DNA of 64,000 bases from Chiloscyllium plagiosum (lineage: Eukaryota): positions 64,981,548 through 65,045,547 of the forward strand of contig NC_057718.1 of assembly GCF_004010195.1 (NCBI RefSeq), read 5' to 3'. Below the pieces are notes generated by a model. That model was given only the letters and a program-made list of their open reading frames with translations. It made no database searches and had not been told where the DNA came from. This document shows positions 12,383 to 26,410 of this stretch, one piece after another. The position numbers were made by a program, and so were the translations under genes. Position 1 is the first letter of the stretch; the number at the start of each line of letters is the position of its first letter.

Positions 12383-14439
12383 GGGAATTATGAAGTGGGG
12401 GTTCGGGAGCGGGGAAGGGGTGGGAACTGACTGTTAATTGTTTGCTAATAGAGTGATTCCAGGAAAAGCACCATTTTGCTGGTGGTCTTCCCAATTCAAA
12501 AACATCGGGAATCAGTAGCTGCTCCTACACAATGCTTGATGATTGACAAGCACAATTTCATTCCTATGTGAACACAAAGCATTACACAACATTACTTTTG
12601 TTGTTTTATCTTTTTAAGTTTATATTTATACATCAATAGAGTGAGTCCAAAATCCAATGCTTGTGGGGAATAGTGGTGGGTTGAAGGCAAAGGGACAATT
12701 GTCCCAAAGATAGCATATGAAAAAACTATTTGTGAATGAGCTTTTCCACCCTTTCTCCAATTTCCATTATTTCAAGTGTAAAGGTATGATTTCTTACTAT
12801 TTAAGATTTTGCATTTCCAGGTCATTTCATACCTTTTGCCATTAGATAGATTTCCATTTGCATCTTTAAGTTTTTAAGTTTATTGTGTGGTAAATTGTTG
12901 GGAGTATGATCTGAGGGACCTGACTGAACAGGACAAGCAGCTGTGTATCACTTTCATCAATCAGATTGAAGGATTATGACATTAGCTGTGCCAAAACTGA
13001 GAATGAACTGTATTTCAGAGCGGGTCTATTCAATCTCAAGTCAGGTCAAGAATACGCAAGAAAGGTTAAATGATTTAAAGATAGAATAAATAAAAGATTA
13101 GAAGAAAATATTGAAATTTCACCTTGTAAAAATCTCCAATGTATACATATGAGGGAATGAAATTCCACATATAACAGCTAATTTTCTGAGCCAGGAAGGT
13201 TGACTGGCGGTAATTAACACATCACATGTTAAAAGAGTACTTGGATTGAAATGACAAGACTTACAGTGGTGAGTTCAGTTTGCATCGAATGCTATTCTTT
13301 ACATTTCAATGGCGAAGCATTTAGGGAAATGCGTTGTTCACAAAGCTAATGGTGCAGTAATACAAATTAGATGGCACCTGTTGAATATTTGTGTTTAAAA
13401 TTACATCTGCCTTTAACTGACGTTGCTGTATCATTTGCACATAAATAACAGTGAATGTTATTAGCCTAAATGTTATTGTGAAAGCAAAAGCTGGTTCACA
13501 CAAATCTGTATGCTTTTGTGACAGCTTATATGAATGAGTGCTTGCTTTATTTTTGTCCAATGCATCCTTAACTGTTCGAGATTCGCAGAAACAGTTAGGC
13601 TTCCTGGCAACCAACATTTTTTAAAATATATTTAAGCAGTCTTGTGATTGTAAGTGGGGAATAATAGCTCAAATCTCTTTAGACATGCAACATTTCTTTC
13701 ATGCTCTAGAAGTAATTTCTGAAGGATCGTGAAATTTAAAAGTGCTGTGTGTGGTGTATGCATGACAAGGCAGAGTATGTGCATGCGTGTAATTTCTGAG
13801 CTAAATTTGGAAACATTAGCTCAAATTTGAATGGCTTACATTTTTTTAACCAAAGGCACCTGCATATTATCAGGTTCCAACTATTACTGCTTTGCTTCAT
13901 CTTATGAAGCCTACTAAATTTGGCATAGAACACATGAAATAGCATGTGTAGTGGGTGACTCGGCCCTTCAAACCTGCTCTATCATGTCATACACTCATGG
14001 CTGATCTTGGACCTCAATATCACCTTCTTGCACCATCAACATTATCCCTTAAGTCTTTTGTATTCAAAACTCAATTGATCTGTATCTTGAATATGGGCAT
14101 CCTCTTGCCATAGGGTAGAGGTTTCCAAAGATCCTGGGCTGAATATTACACTTATTTGGCTACTCCTGATTTTCAATGGAATTTTTGAGAGCTTGGTGCT
14201 GTAAGGCCTAATGGGTTGTCTCGCCCTGTCTTACCAAACTAACATCCCTAATTGCCATCACGCCCTGATGGTGTCTCTCAGGTCTGGTTTCTACCCCATT
14301 TTACCGCAGAACAACTTGCCACTCAGTGAATAACTGCTGAAAGACCAGCATCCCTTAACATCAGTGTAATCTTTGAGAGCATGTTTTGCCTTGGAAATAT
14401 ACTGTCATGCTGCAACTCGCCCTGGCATTTGCCCTACAC

Positions 14440-14600
14440 ATGGAAGACAAGGACAAATTGGCACCCCATGTGGCAGGCAGGATCCTAGAGGTCCTGACTG
14501 AGAGGGTGGTGCTAAGGTGGAATTTTCTCTTCCCCAGAATCAGCAGTATAGGCAACAACATCAGACTAATATTCAAGGATTCTCAGCTGTCTGGAGGAAT
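14440..14600 (+). mobile_element. Harbinger-type Myb/SANT-like remnant
   Basis: MEDKDKLAPHVAGRILEVLTERVVLRWNFLFP fits the APRF...LEVL...V..R...LFP pattern also seen at 3845 and 38851. Confidence 0.55.
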
Positions 14601-15531
14601 GCCTTCCACCAAGGCTCATGCTCCACCGCTCTGACTAATGCCTGCGACATCTCTTACTTGCTGTCACCCACCATTCTGGCACTTAATATTTATTGTTAAA
14701 TATGAATATATTAAAATGTTGATTTTAATATGTTACATATTTTTAATCAATGCCAATTTCTTCTTGCACAGAGGAGGACACAACTTCCCCACATTGGGAG
14801 TTAACAAGAAAAACCTGTCCCTGACCAATTTATGATGTAATGAAGCAATGTGGCTGTTTCATCTGAGATATAACTTAATCTTCATCATTTGTCCAGAAAG
14901 TAAAAGCAATGGTGCTTTGTGACATGAATAATGAATAAATTAACACTGTTGCTTGAAAGTATTTTGTGCAGCATTTTAGCTAAGGCATTTGTAGAAATAT
15001 GTCTGATTCTCTTTAAAAAAAGACAATGTTTAGCATGTTCATTATTAATATCACAGAGCATAAGTTCATTTAATAAGAATTTGTGATATAAATATTGAGA
15101 GTACCAAATATTTGATGAAAAAAGTATTCGTGAGCATTCCTCTACGTCATGCACTGGAGGTGAATTCAACAGGTACATTTATGGGAAAACACTTTAACTT
15201 AATCCTAAAATATTTTTAAAAAACAATTCTGATAACTGTGTCATCCCTAAATGCTGTAGAAATACTAAGAATCTTATTTAATAACATGTTTAAATATACT
15301 AGAAACGGCTGTGCCAACATTTTGAAAAACTGGCAGAAAAAATACTCATTTGCAAATTGCAAGGCAGAGATTCAAGGGAAGTCAGGGAATAAATCAACAT
15401 TATTTTAAGTTATATAATGATCTAATTGCCTTTCATTCCTGTTATGTTCAATGAGACTTTTAAGATGATCAATAATATTATAACCTAGCACTTATGGAGA
15501 ATTACAGGAATCAAACTTCATTTGTTAGAAA

Positions 15532-15756
15532 ATAAAACTGAAAGAACTGCAGATGTTATAAATCAGAAATAAAAACAGATATTGCTGGAAAAGTTCAGAA
15601 GGTCTAGCAGAATCTGTGGAGAAAAATCAGAGTTGATGTTTCAGATTGAGTGACCCTTCCTCTGAGAAAGGGTCACTCAACACAAAATGTTAACTCTGAT
15701 TTCTCTCCGCAGATGCTGCCAGAGCTGTTGAGATTTTCCAGCAATTTCTGTTTTCT
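15532..15756. mobile_element. Older Penelope-like fold-back palindrome (second tail family)
   Basis: Arms centred at ~15660 (..gagtgacccttcctctgagaaagggtcactc..). 15-bp TSD ttcatttgNtagaaa at 15517-15531 and 15757-15771. Confidence 0.75.
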
Positions 15757-17184
15757 TTCATTTGATAGAAATCTGAAACAGACAATGTAACCACTACACA
15801 GCAGTACATGGCAGAACCGGACTAATACTTCAAATGAGACCCTTCACTCTTTTGTTCTTATCAAGTTGAACTATTAGTCAACCTTTTACATCTTAGACAT
15901 TGACTGACCTGATGTGCAGTGCCAAATGTTCTCTGTTACTTTAAAAGCAGAAAAGCACATTCTATATTTCAGTGTTAAACTACCCTGAAATACATTATGG
16001 CACTTGACACCTTCTTCTTCTTTATCCACAATGCCTCAAGGTCCCCACTCAACTTTCAATTTACTTATTCAGCAATGAGATGTAGCAACTGATTCTTAAC
16101 ATGTCTTTCTGCTTGTGACAATTCCAAAAATAGGATTCCACCATCAAGTATCTTCCAATCTGGTCAAATTTTTCACTATTCTCTTTGTCATACATTACAT
16201 TTAAACTTCCTGTGTTTATACTGTCCTTGACCAATCATCTAAAAGTTGTTTTTGGGAAACCATATTGGGAAACATTTTTTTATCATTCGAGAAGCCATTA
16301 AAATAGATTTTCACATGATTTTGGGGTCATATTATATCATTACAGGCAGTCTCAGGTGAAGGTAGTACTCTTTCAATAAAGAGGTGATATTAGCAAATTG
16401 GTTTAAAATAATTTTATTTGTTCTTTTTTTCCTCTCTGAGCTACTTACAATCATCTTACAGTCAGGAGAGTGGATTGGCACATGCTCAGACCACTCTCTT
16501 GCAATATGTTCTGTGATCAATCTGTTGAAGGCCGTAAGCCAGCTAACATTAGTTTTTTTTGTATTACGTGGAAAATACAGCAGAGAAACAGGCAATTCAG
16601 CATAACCATACATGCCAATGTTTATACTCCACATCAATCTTCTATCATTGCTCCATTTATAGCTCTGTCATCATGATCCTTTATTCCCTTCTTCTTCCTG
16701 TGCTTATCTCAAATCCATTTAAATATATCTATACTATTCCATTCAACCATTCTCTGTGTTAGTGAGTTCTCACACACTCTCTGTTCTCTTGGTAAAAACA
16801 GCTTTCTCCTGAATTCCTGATTTAATTTCTTGATTCCTCATTATTATTAGCCCCTAAATTTGCTCTTTCCAACAACTAGAAGTAATCTGCATTTACAAAA
16901 CCATACATAGCCTGAGATTTTCCACGATGGAGCAGGAACTATGATGCTAGGAGGTTAAAGATTATGGCCTGGGACAAGTTATCCCATGATTATGTGCTTC
17001 TCAGCTCACTACCGATGCAAGTAAAAATATTGAGCAAGTTCCTCAGTGTGAGGTAGAAGTTCCTGACCAGGTGAAGGAACCTTCTATGTTTGTAGTTTCT
17101 GGTGCTATTTAAAGATCCACTGGACATGAGCTGCAAGCCAGTGAAAGACTCAGTCTACATTGGGTGTCCCCAATACCATTGTAC

Positions 17185-17410
17185 ATGCCTCCAAAGAACC
17201 AAAACCTCACCTCATGTTTTATGATGCATTATTATGTCACTACAGGATAGAGGAAGGGACAAAAGGGAGGCCCTTTTCCAGAGGTTGGCACCAACTGGCC
17301 CTCCCATCCAACCTGGACAGCCTGAACCAAGATAACAGAACAGAGCACTGACTCCTGGCTGCAGTGCCACAAGACTTGCTGTGCTCTACAAGGGCAAATG
17401 CCGCAACAGT
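17185..17410 (+). mobile_element. Highly decayed Harbinger Myb-like remnant
   Basis: ..FYDALL..KREALF..SWLQCHK.. spread across frames. tatttaaag upstream at ~17106. Confidence 0.4.
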
Positions 17411-20012
17411 TATGCCGTAACAGAGGTTATTCTTGGGCCTGGCCAAGGCCTCAAGTGGCATACGATCCAGGTACAGGTCTTTGCCACCAACAACACAGGT
17501 GATTGGAGGCAATTACTACGTCATCCTGAAAATTGCCTTCCTGTACACAATAGTCATCGTCAGATATTTTAAGGTACACAACCAAGTGTTTTCAAATTGC
17601 ACTTTAATTCAATTTCAAATGAATCTTACAAATTCTAAATAAAATCTGGTGTTGACGCCTTTGTCATTGAAGCAACTGCCAGGAGCTCTCACTCCCCCAA
17701 TTCTGCTACACCATTGTATTGCAACCTTCACCTGTGACCTATTATACCTTTCACATTCTTGACTTTCTCCATTGTTTCATTCCAGTTTACCCTTGATACT
17801 TCACCCTCCCTAAATTTTGGTTGTGGCCTTCTCTTATTTTGATCAATGACCCCGTTTTACCCGATAACCCTCACAATGGATGTACTGGAGGTGCTGACAC
17901 TCTCACTGGCCCTACACTCTTCTAATTGGGGCCAGATTGACCATGACTTCCCTTGAACCCTTCTCCCCCGCTTTTTGAGACAATCCAGTTCTTCCTTACT
18001 CGACTGGATCCTACTCTACTTTGTTCAATTTCACCCTGTGATTGTGGCATTCCCTTGGCTAGCAACCAAGTCAGCTCTCAGCCTTGGGCTGGCCACAGCT
18101 TCCAAAACACCTTGATCAGAAATCCCTAATAAACTCCTAGTTTAGCTACAACACTTGATCTGAATTTGGATGACATTCCTGTTTGGCCTACCAGCAAGGC
18201 CCGGATTGATGTTATTTCACTTCTAGGACTGACCGTGACCCAATCCCTCATTGAAAAGCTGTTGAACTCTGGACTTGGGTTAGACTGACCAGCGGACTGA
18301 CTGAGAAATGATCTATCCCCTGGACTGACTGCGGCTGCATGCTCTGATTGAGAAGAATTGACCTTCATCCTACTAACCATGCTCCCTATCCTGTTCACAG
18401 TTCATGATGCTCTTAAGCACATGCACTGTGTTTACCATGTGAACTGTAGGCACTTACACCACCTCTGACATTAACACAGCCTTGTGCCCTTCAATGACGT
18501 TTGCTCCCATTTCACATTGATGCTCCACTTTTCCCTAGACCCACAAGGGGTCACCTGTAAGCATAAGCTTCTGCTATTCTGTGCTGAGGTTTTGTAATGA
18601 CGAAGGGACACAGCCTGCCAATGGTCTCCTTGGACATACCTACTGCAGTTGTAGAGTGTAAGCAAAGGTGAAGGCAATGAACATTGGCAGCGTTTTGCCC
18701 GAGGCAACTAAAGACCTCACCCAGACTGGGGGCTGGTACATACTTGCTGAATACAATTGAGGTTTTGAGGTAGTCAACTATCTGACTCAATTAATTAGGC
18801 AAATTTATTTCTGAGTTGTCAAATTAATACGATGCAAAATATACACAAAAGGCTCCACACCATCTGATGGTGAGATGGTCAATTCAACGATTGAGGATAG
18901 GGGGCTTAATTGCTAAAGTTTATCTTGATGATGAGAATTTGATTTTTGATTCTTATCTGATTAAGTCATCATGCCTGCCATTATTTCTACCAGCTCTGTG
19001 AGCAGAAAAGTGTGTCATGATTTTAAAGATCTCTATTAAGTCACCTGAAGATTTATCTTTCCGAGTTTCCTGTTGAAATGTAGAGTTCTAATATCATCCT
19101 TGTTTTTACATCTTCTCCAGTATCTTTTTTGGTGCATGGAAGATAGAACTAGACATCGTATTCACAGTATGGTCCTAATGAAAGTGAAGTCTGGTTTAGT
19201 GCTGGAGGCAAAGATCCTCAACCCGTTTAAAAAGTATTTGGATTTACACCTGAAGTGATAACCTGCAAGGTATGGATCAGGTACCAGAATTTGAGATGAG
19301 AATAGGAAGCGAGGAGACAGTATGGGCTGAATGGCCTCTTTTTGTATTGTAACTTTTCTATGATTCAACACAAGGCATGAGTTCTTTACTTTTCAACTCT
19401 ATCCATCCGGAAATAAATGCCAATGCTTTGTTTGCTTCTGTTCTAACTTTTTAAACTTGCGTATATACTTGAATGTTTTGCAATAATTGTACTTATAGTT
19501 CTGTTTGCTCCTTTACTATTATGAATGCGCAATTGTAATAATTTCTTGAAACTCACAGGGAGGTTGAGTGGGAGATTGCTTTTGGAGGGCATCATCTAGC
19601 TATTTATGCTGGTATGCAAATCACTGAATATCTCTTCTTCCCCATAAATTGTTGGATGATTTGTACACTAATGTTTTGCACTTTAAATTTCCAATAACTT
19701 TGGCAAAAAATATTCTGGATCAAGCTGCGTTTTGCTAGTGCTCTGAAAACATCCCCAACTAATTCAACTCATCAAAACTTCTCTGTCAAGCCAGAGCAAA
19801 ACGTAAAAGACTCCTGCGAAACTGTAGACCATGTACGTTGCTCATGCTGCAAGCATTGTTCTCTTTCGCAATACAACTTGTTCTTCTCACTACTTTGTTT
19901 CAGAAAAATTAACAACTAGAAAAGTCAGTTAAATTGCTGAGGCAGTGGTGGCACAGATGAAGCTTTTGTATTCCCCACTCGCTTTATTGGCCTGATAGAT
20001 ATTCTTTTTTTT

Positions 20013-20172
20013 TAGATTACTTACAGTGTGGAAACAGGCCCTTCGGCCCAACAAGTCCACACCGATCCGCCGAAGCGTAACCCACCCAGACTCATTCTCC
20101 TACATTTACCCCTTCACCTAACACTACGGGCAATTTAGCATGGCCAATTCACCCAACCTGCACATTTTTGGA
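20013..20172 (-). mobile_element. HE1-type SINE 3' half
   Basis: acagtgtggaaacaggcccttcggcccaacaagtccacac...gggcaatttagcatggccaattcacc..aacctgcaca. Confidence 0.8.
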
Positions 20173-21274
20173 TTCTGCAAGAAGATTTACAAGAGCAGAA
20201 TGTAATTTTCACATCTGAATTGAAATATACTGTTGTCTGATAGGAATGCAATCAAGTGGCGTCCTCCCCAGTTAAAAATTACATTCATGAAACATCTATA
20301 ACTAACAGAGATATCGCTCAATTTCATTTACAAACTTAATAAATTTGTGGCAAGATTGTTATTGTCTGTTAATGTGGATTGTTGGGTGTTTTACAGTTCC
20401 ATGATTGACTGCTAATTGCAATTGTAATTTAAAACAGTAAATCATTGCAGCATATGTCAATAGCCTATCAATATTGTAATGATTAAGGTGCTAGCAATAA
20501 GGTAAACAGTACCCTTGCTGTAGGCGTTCTGGTAGTGGCACTGAAAAACATGGCAGACAGTTCCAGTGACAATAAAAACAATTACAATTTTGTTAAGGAA
20601 TCTATACATACATCTCTGCCAACTGAAATCTGAATGGCTTGTGTGTTAAAATACAGAGCAGACCAAACTCCCACCCCAGTCACACCCATGCCAAGGTCAG
20701 ACAGCTGAGAAATCTGCCTGACTCAGCTGAAAGCCTCAATTATTAAACAAATCAGGGCCCTAGAACATAAGAGGATTTGGGTGGTTTTAACTGTAATTTC
20801 ACTTCTATTGACAACTGAAGGTTGTCGGTTAGAATATCCATATCCTGAACAAAGTGATTACAGTAAGGAGAAAATCATCATATCACATAGTTCTAAACCA
20901 GGTATAGTATAAACTGAAGTTCTGCAGTTATTCTTTACTACATCAAAAAATGTGGATTCACCTTTGAACTTCACAATGACAATTCAATTGTATCTATTTC
21001 ACAACTGTGAGGTCTCCAGACATGATTGACTGGGGAATTATCCAGTCAACTATATATTCTAGCTCAGAATATTGTCACCATATTGCTCATATAAATGTCC
21101 CCAGAGGTCGACCCAACAGGCAGTGGTTCAGCACAGGTAGGGCACTGAATCTTGCAGAAATAGTGTATCAGAGAATAAGGAAGAAAGGAAAACCATCAGT
21201 GTATGTGCAATACTGTAAAGGATTAATGATACCTGTTCTGTCAAGTGCTGTTGTTATCACATATGAAAAGCCAG

Positions 21275-21498
21275 GGAGAAAGTGAGGACTGCAGGTGCTG
21301 GAGATCAGAGTCAAAAAGTGTGGCGCTGGAAAAGCACAGCAGGTCAGGCAGCATCCAAGGAGCAGGAGAGTCGACGTTTCGAGCATAAGTTCGAAATATT
21401 CATCACATTCCTGATGAGGAGCTTATGCTCATAATGTTGACTCTCCTGCCCCTTGGATGCTGACTGACTGGTTGTGCTTTTCCAGCACCACACGTTTG
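21275..21498. mobile_element. Penelope pLTR fold-back palindrome
   Basis: Inverted tail copies meeting at the hammerhead region (~21385-21415). 12-bp TSD acatatgaaaag at 21259-21270 and 21499-21510. Confidence 0.85.
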
Positions 21499-22090
21499 AC
21501 ATATGAAAAGACTCCTATTGAATGTTCCAATAGTGACATATACTGTAAATTATTCTGTTTCACTGTTTAGCACAGACATTCTAATCACACAACAAAGATA
21601 GATACAATAACAATGTGAGTTCATTATTTGTACATAACTGTATATACATACAATGATAATTGAGAAACTACGTAAACATGTCTGACCTGTCGGAGTGCTG
21701 CGCTATTTGTCCACAGACTGCTTAGAATTGAACATTACATCCTGTCTTACAGTAAACAGAGATGGAGAACAACTGGGATACACTTTCTGAATGGTATGTG
21801 TACATTACAACATAGATTACCACTCATTTCAATTCAAACTAATAAATGTTTAAAAATGGAAGAACAAATTAAATAATTCTGAGTATTTGTTAAGTGCAAG
21901 TGATAGTAGAGATGGGTTTTAAATGCTGATCTACTGGCAGTCCAGATGAGACTGGATTGCAATATTTTAAAAAAACCAATTTACTGAAACTCATTGTAAG
22001 CTGTGTTTACACTACAGCTTTTCTCAAGCAGTAGGGGAAGTTGTTTGTAGAATAGCCGGCACCAGGCACTGGCTGATTGGTTTGTGGAGT

Positions 22091-24720
22091 TAAGATCTAA
22101 CCTTGCTAACCAGTCTCCCAGGGGGAACCTTGTCAAACACCTTACTGAAGTTCATATAGAACATGTCTACCGCTCTGCCTTCATCAATTCTCTTTGTTAC
22201 TTCTTCAAAAAACTCAATTAAGTTTGTGAGACATGATTTCCCAAGCTCAAAGCCATGTTGACTATCCTTAATCAGTCCTGTCCTTTCCAATTACATGTAC
22301 ATCCTGTCCTTCAGGATTCCCTCCAACAATTTGCCCACCACTGACATCAGGCTTACTGGTCTACAGTTCCCTGGCTTGTCCTTACCACTTTTCTTAATAG
22401 TGGCACCACATTAGCCAACCTCCAGTCTTCCAGCACCTTACCTGTGACTATCGATGATACAAATATCTCAGCAAGAGGCCCAGCAATCACTTCCTTAGCT
22501 TCCCTCAGAGTTCTAGGGTACACCTGATCAGGTCCTGGGGATTTGTCCACTTTTATATGTTTCAAGACATCCAGCACTTCCTCCTCTGTAATATGGATAT
22601 TTTTCAAGATGTCACCATCTATTTCCCTACATTCTATATTTTCCATGTCTTTTTTCACAGTAAACACTGATGCAAAATACTCATTTAGTATCTCCTCCAT
22701 CTCAGCGGCTCCACACAAAAGCCGCCTTGCTGATCTTTGAGGGGTCCTATTGTCTCCCTAGTTACCCTTTTGTCCTTAATGTATTTGTAAAACCCCTTTG
22801 GATTCTCCTTTACTCTATTTGCCAAAGCTATTTCATGTCCCCTTTTTGCCCTCCTCATTTCCCTCTTAAGTATATTCCTACTGCCTTTATACACTTCTAA
22901 GGTTTGACTTGATCAATCCTATCTACACCCGGCATATGCTTCCTTCTTTTCCTTAACTAAACCCTCAATTTCTTTAGTCATCCAGCATTCCCTATACCTA
23001 CCAGCCTTTCCTGTCACCCTAACAGGGATACGCTTTCTCTGGATTCTCGTTATCTCATTTCTGAAGGCTTCCCATTTTCCAGCCAAGCCTCTACTTGTGA
23101 ACATCTGCCCCCAATCAGCTTTTGAAAGTTCTTGACTAATGCTGTCAAAATTGGCCTTTCTTCAATTTAGAACTTCAACTGTTAGATCTGGTCTATCCTT
23201 TTCCATCACTGTTTTAAAACTAATAGAACAATGGTTGCTGATCCCAGAGTGCTCCCCCACTGACACCTCAGTCACCTGCCCTGCCTTATTTCCCAAGAGT
23301 AAGTCAAGTTTTGCACCTTCTCTAGTAGGTACATCCACATACTGAATCAGAAAATTTTCTTGTACATGCTTAACAAATTCCTCTCCATCTAAACCCTTAA
23401 CACTATGGTAGTCCCAGTCTATGTTTGGAAAGTTAAAGTCCCCTACCATAACCACTCTATTATTCTTACAGATAACTGAGATCTCTTTACAAATTTGTTT
23501 CTCAATTTCCCTCTGACTATTAGGGTGTCTATAATACAATCCCAATAAGGTGATTATCCCTTTCTTATTTCTCAGTTCAATCCAAATAACCTCGCTGGAT
23601 GTATTTCCGGGAATGTCCTCCCTCAGTACAGCTGTAATGCTATCCCTTATCAAAAATGCCACTCCCCCTCCACTCTTGCCTCCCTTTCTGTCGTTCCTCT
23701 AGCATTTGTATCCTGGAACATTAAGCTGCCAGTCCTATCCATCCCTGAGCCATGTTTCCGTAATTGCTATGATATTCCAGTCCCATGTTCCTAACCATGC
23801 CCTGAGTTCATCTGCCTTCTGTGTTAGGCCCCTTGCATTGAAATAAATGCAGTTTAATTTATCAGTCCTACCTTGTTCTCTGCTTTGTCCCTGCCTGCCC
23901 TGACTGTTTGACTTGCTTCTGTTCTCAACTGTACCAGTCCCAAATTGATCTCTTTCTTCAGTATCTCCCTGGGTCCCCCCACCCCCCCTCAACCAGCCTT
24001 ACTAGTTTAAATCCTCCCGAGCAGCTCAAGCAAATCTCCCTGCCAGTATACTAGTCCCCTTCCAATTTAGGTGCAATCTGTCCTTCTTGTACAGGTCACT
24101 TCTACCCTAGGAGAGATTTCAATGATCCAAAAAATGTGACTCCTTCTCCCATACAGCAGCTCCTCAACCATGCATTCATCTGCTCTATCCCCCTATTCCT
24201 ATCCTGACTAGCTTGTAGCACCGGGAGTAATCCAGATATTACTATTCTCGAGGACATCCTTTTTAAATTCCTGCCTAACTCTCTGTATTCTCCCTGCAGA
24301 ATCTCATTCTTTTCCATTCCTATGTCATTGGTTCCAATGTGTACAATGACCTCCTGCTGGCCCTCTCCCTTTGAGAACATACTGCATCCTCTCTGAGACA
24401 TCCTTGACCTTGGCACTAGGCAAGGAATACATCATTCTGATTTTTTGCTGCTGGCCACAGAAACATCTGTCTGTACCTCGGACTAGAGAATCCCCTAGAA
24501 CCTGACATACCCCTCATTGCATTAGAGCCAGTCTCAATACCAGAAACTTGGCTGTTCATGCTCATTTCCCTGAGAATCCATCACCCCCTACACTTTCCAA
24601 AACAGCATACTTGTTTGAAATGGGGATAGCCACAGAAGACTCCTGCACTACCTGCTGACCTCTTTTAATTTTCCTAGAGTTAACCCATCAATGTGACTGT
24701 ATCTGCAACTTTTCTCCCTT
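22091..24720 (-). mobile_element. CR1-type LINE: ORF1 esterase part, ORF2 APE endonuclease and N-terminal RT; 3' end missing
   Basis: VIVHIGTNDIG (SGNH esterase), CIYFNARGL..IAITETWL, VMVGDFNFPNIDW, KSPGPDQVYPR, QHGF..GKSCLTNLIEFFE..FDKVP. Broken by frameshifts and stops. Confidence 0.95.
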
Positions 24721-24830
24721 CAGAGAAAGATAACCACCATTAACTCTATCTATACATCTCATTGTTTTATAAACTTAGAGTTATGGAGTCATAGAGATGT
24801 ACAGCACAGAAACCTTCAGTCGCAGGGTGT

Positions 24831-24883
24831 GGCCTTGTGGCGCAACGGTAGCATGTCTGACTCCAGAGCAGAAGGTGGCGCGT
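24831..24883 (+). pseudogene. 3'-truncated tRNA-Trp(CCA) copy
   Basis: ggccttgtggcgcaacggtagcatgtctgactCCAgagcagaaggtggcgcgt matches the first ~53 nt of vertebrate tRNA-Trp as recalled. Anticodon at 24863-24865. T-loop and 3' acceptor strand are absent. Confidence 0.85.
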
Positions 24884-24898
24884 CAGACCCAATTTCTA

Positions 24899-25207
24899 GG
24901 ATGGCACGGTGGTTCAGTGGTTAGCACTGCTGCCTCAAAGCACCAGGGACCAGGTTCAATTTTCACCTCAGACAACTGTCTGTGTGGAGTTTGCACATTC
25001 TCCCCATGTCTGCGTTGGTTTCCTCCGGGTGCTCTGGTTTCCTCCCACAGTCCACAAATGTGCAGGTAGGGTGAATTGGCCATGCTAATCCAGTGTTAGG
25101 TGGATTTTTCAGGGGAATGGGTCTGGGTGGGTTGCTCTTCGAAGGGTCGGTGTGGGCTTGTTGGGCTGAAGGGCCTGTTTCTACACTGTAGGGAATTTAA
25201 TCTAATC
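24899..25207 (+). mobile_element. Full-length HE1-type SINE
   Basis: tRNA head (tggcacggtggttcagtggttagc..ggttcaat), V-domain ..gtgtggagtttgcacattctcccc..ggtttcctcccacagtcc, and a CR1-like tail ending in aatctaatc. Confidence 0.92.
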
Positions 25208-26410
25208 AACTCGTCCATGCTGACCAGATATCCTGACCTAATCTAGTCCCATTTTCCAGCACTTGGCCCATATCCCTCTAAATCCTTCCTATTCATATAC
25301 CCATCCAGATGCCTTTTAAATGTTGTAAGAGCATGGAATGCGTTGCCAGCAGCAGTTGTGGAAGCAAGGTCATTGGGGACTTTTAAGAGACTGCTGGACA
25401 TGCATATGGTCACAGAAATTTGAGGGTGCATACATGAGGATCAATGGTAGGCACAACATCGTGGGCTGAAGGGCCTGTTCTGTGCTGTACTGTTCTATAT
25501 TCTATGTTCTATGTAATTGTACCAGCCTCCACCACGTCTTCTATAAGCTGCCTCTCAATCTCCCATGGTCCAGTGAATAATGTTGAAGCCTGTCCAGCCT
25601 TTCCTTTTAATTCAAACTTCCATACCCAGCAACATCCTGGAAAATCTCTTCTGAACCCTCTCCATGACTGGACACAGTACTCCAGAAGAGGCCTCACTAA
25701 GTCCTGTAGAACCTTCAAATGACTTCCCAATTCCTATACTCAAAAGAATAAGCAATGAAGGCAAGCGTGCCAAATGCTCTTTTAGCTGCCCTGTCTATAT
25801 GTGACACAACTTCAAAGAATTATCTAACTGAACCTCCAAATCTCTCTGTTCTACAACACTACCTAAGGCCCTACCATTAATTGTAAAAGCCCTACCCTTG
25901 ATTGTTGCACCCGAAATGCATTACTTCACACTTATCCAGATTGAACTCCATCTGCCATTTTTCAACCCATTGACACATTTGATCAAAATCCATTTGTAAT
26001 CTTAGAAAACTTTCTTCACTGTATATTATGCCACCAACTTTGGTATCTTCCCAAAATTACGAGCCATGCCTTCTATATTCTCATCCAAATCATTTATAAA
26101 AATGACAAACAAAAGAAGACCCAGAACCGATCCTTGGAACACCATTGGTCACAGGTCTCAAGTCTGAAACGCAACCTTCCACCACCACTCTGTCTCCTGC
26201 CGTTAATCCAATTATGTATCCGATTGGCAATAGTCATCCAGCATTCTCTATATCTATCAGCCTTCCCCTTCAAACTGTCTCTGAACTCTCATTATCTCAT
26301 TTTTAAAGTCCTCCGACATTCCAACCATCCCTTTCCCTGCAAACAGTCTCCCCAATCAACATTTGAAAGTTCCTGCCTAACACTGTCAAAACTGGCCTTA
26401 CTCCAATTCT
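25208..26410 (-). mobile_element. Cluster of CR1 fragments (minus) with a nested plus-strand CR1 tail at ~25326-25512
   Basis: LVRPLLEYCVQSW on the minus strand. Plus-strand tail ends in (ttctatg)n at ~25493-25513. Confidence 0.85.

Noticed and set aside
24831..24883. Functional tRNA-Trp gene
   Set aside because: Lacks the B-box/T-loop and the 3' acceptor strand, and has stem mismatches.
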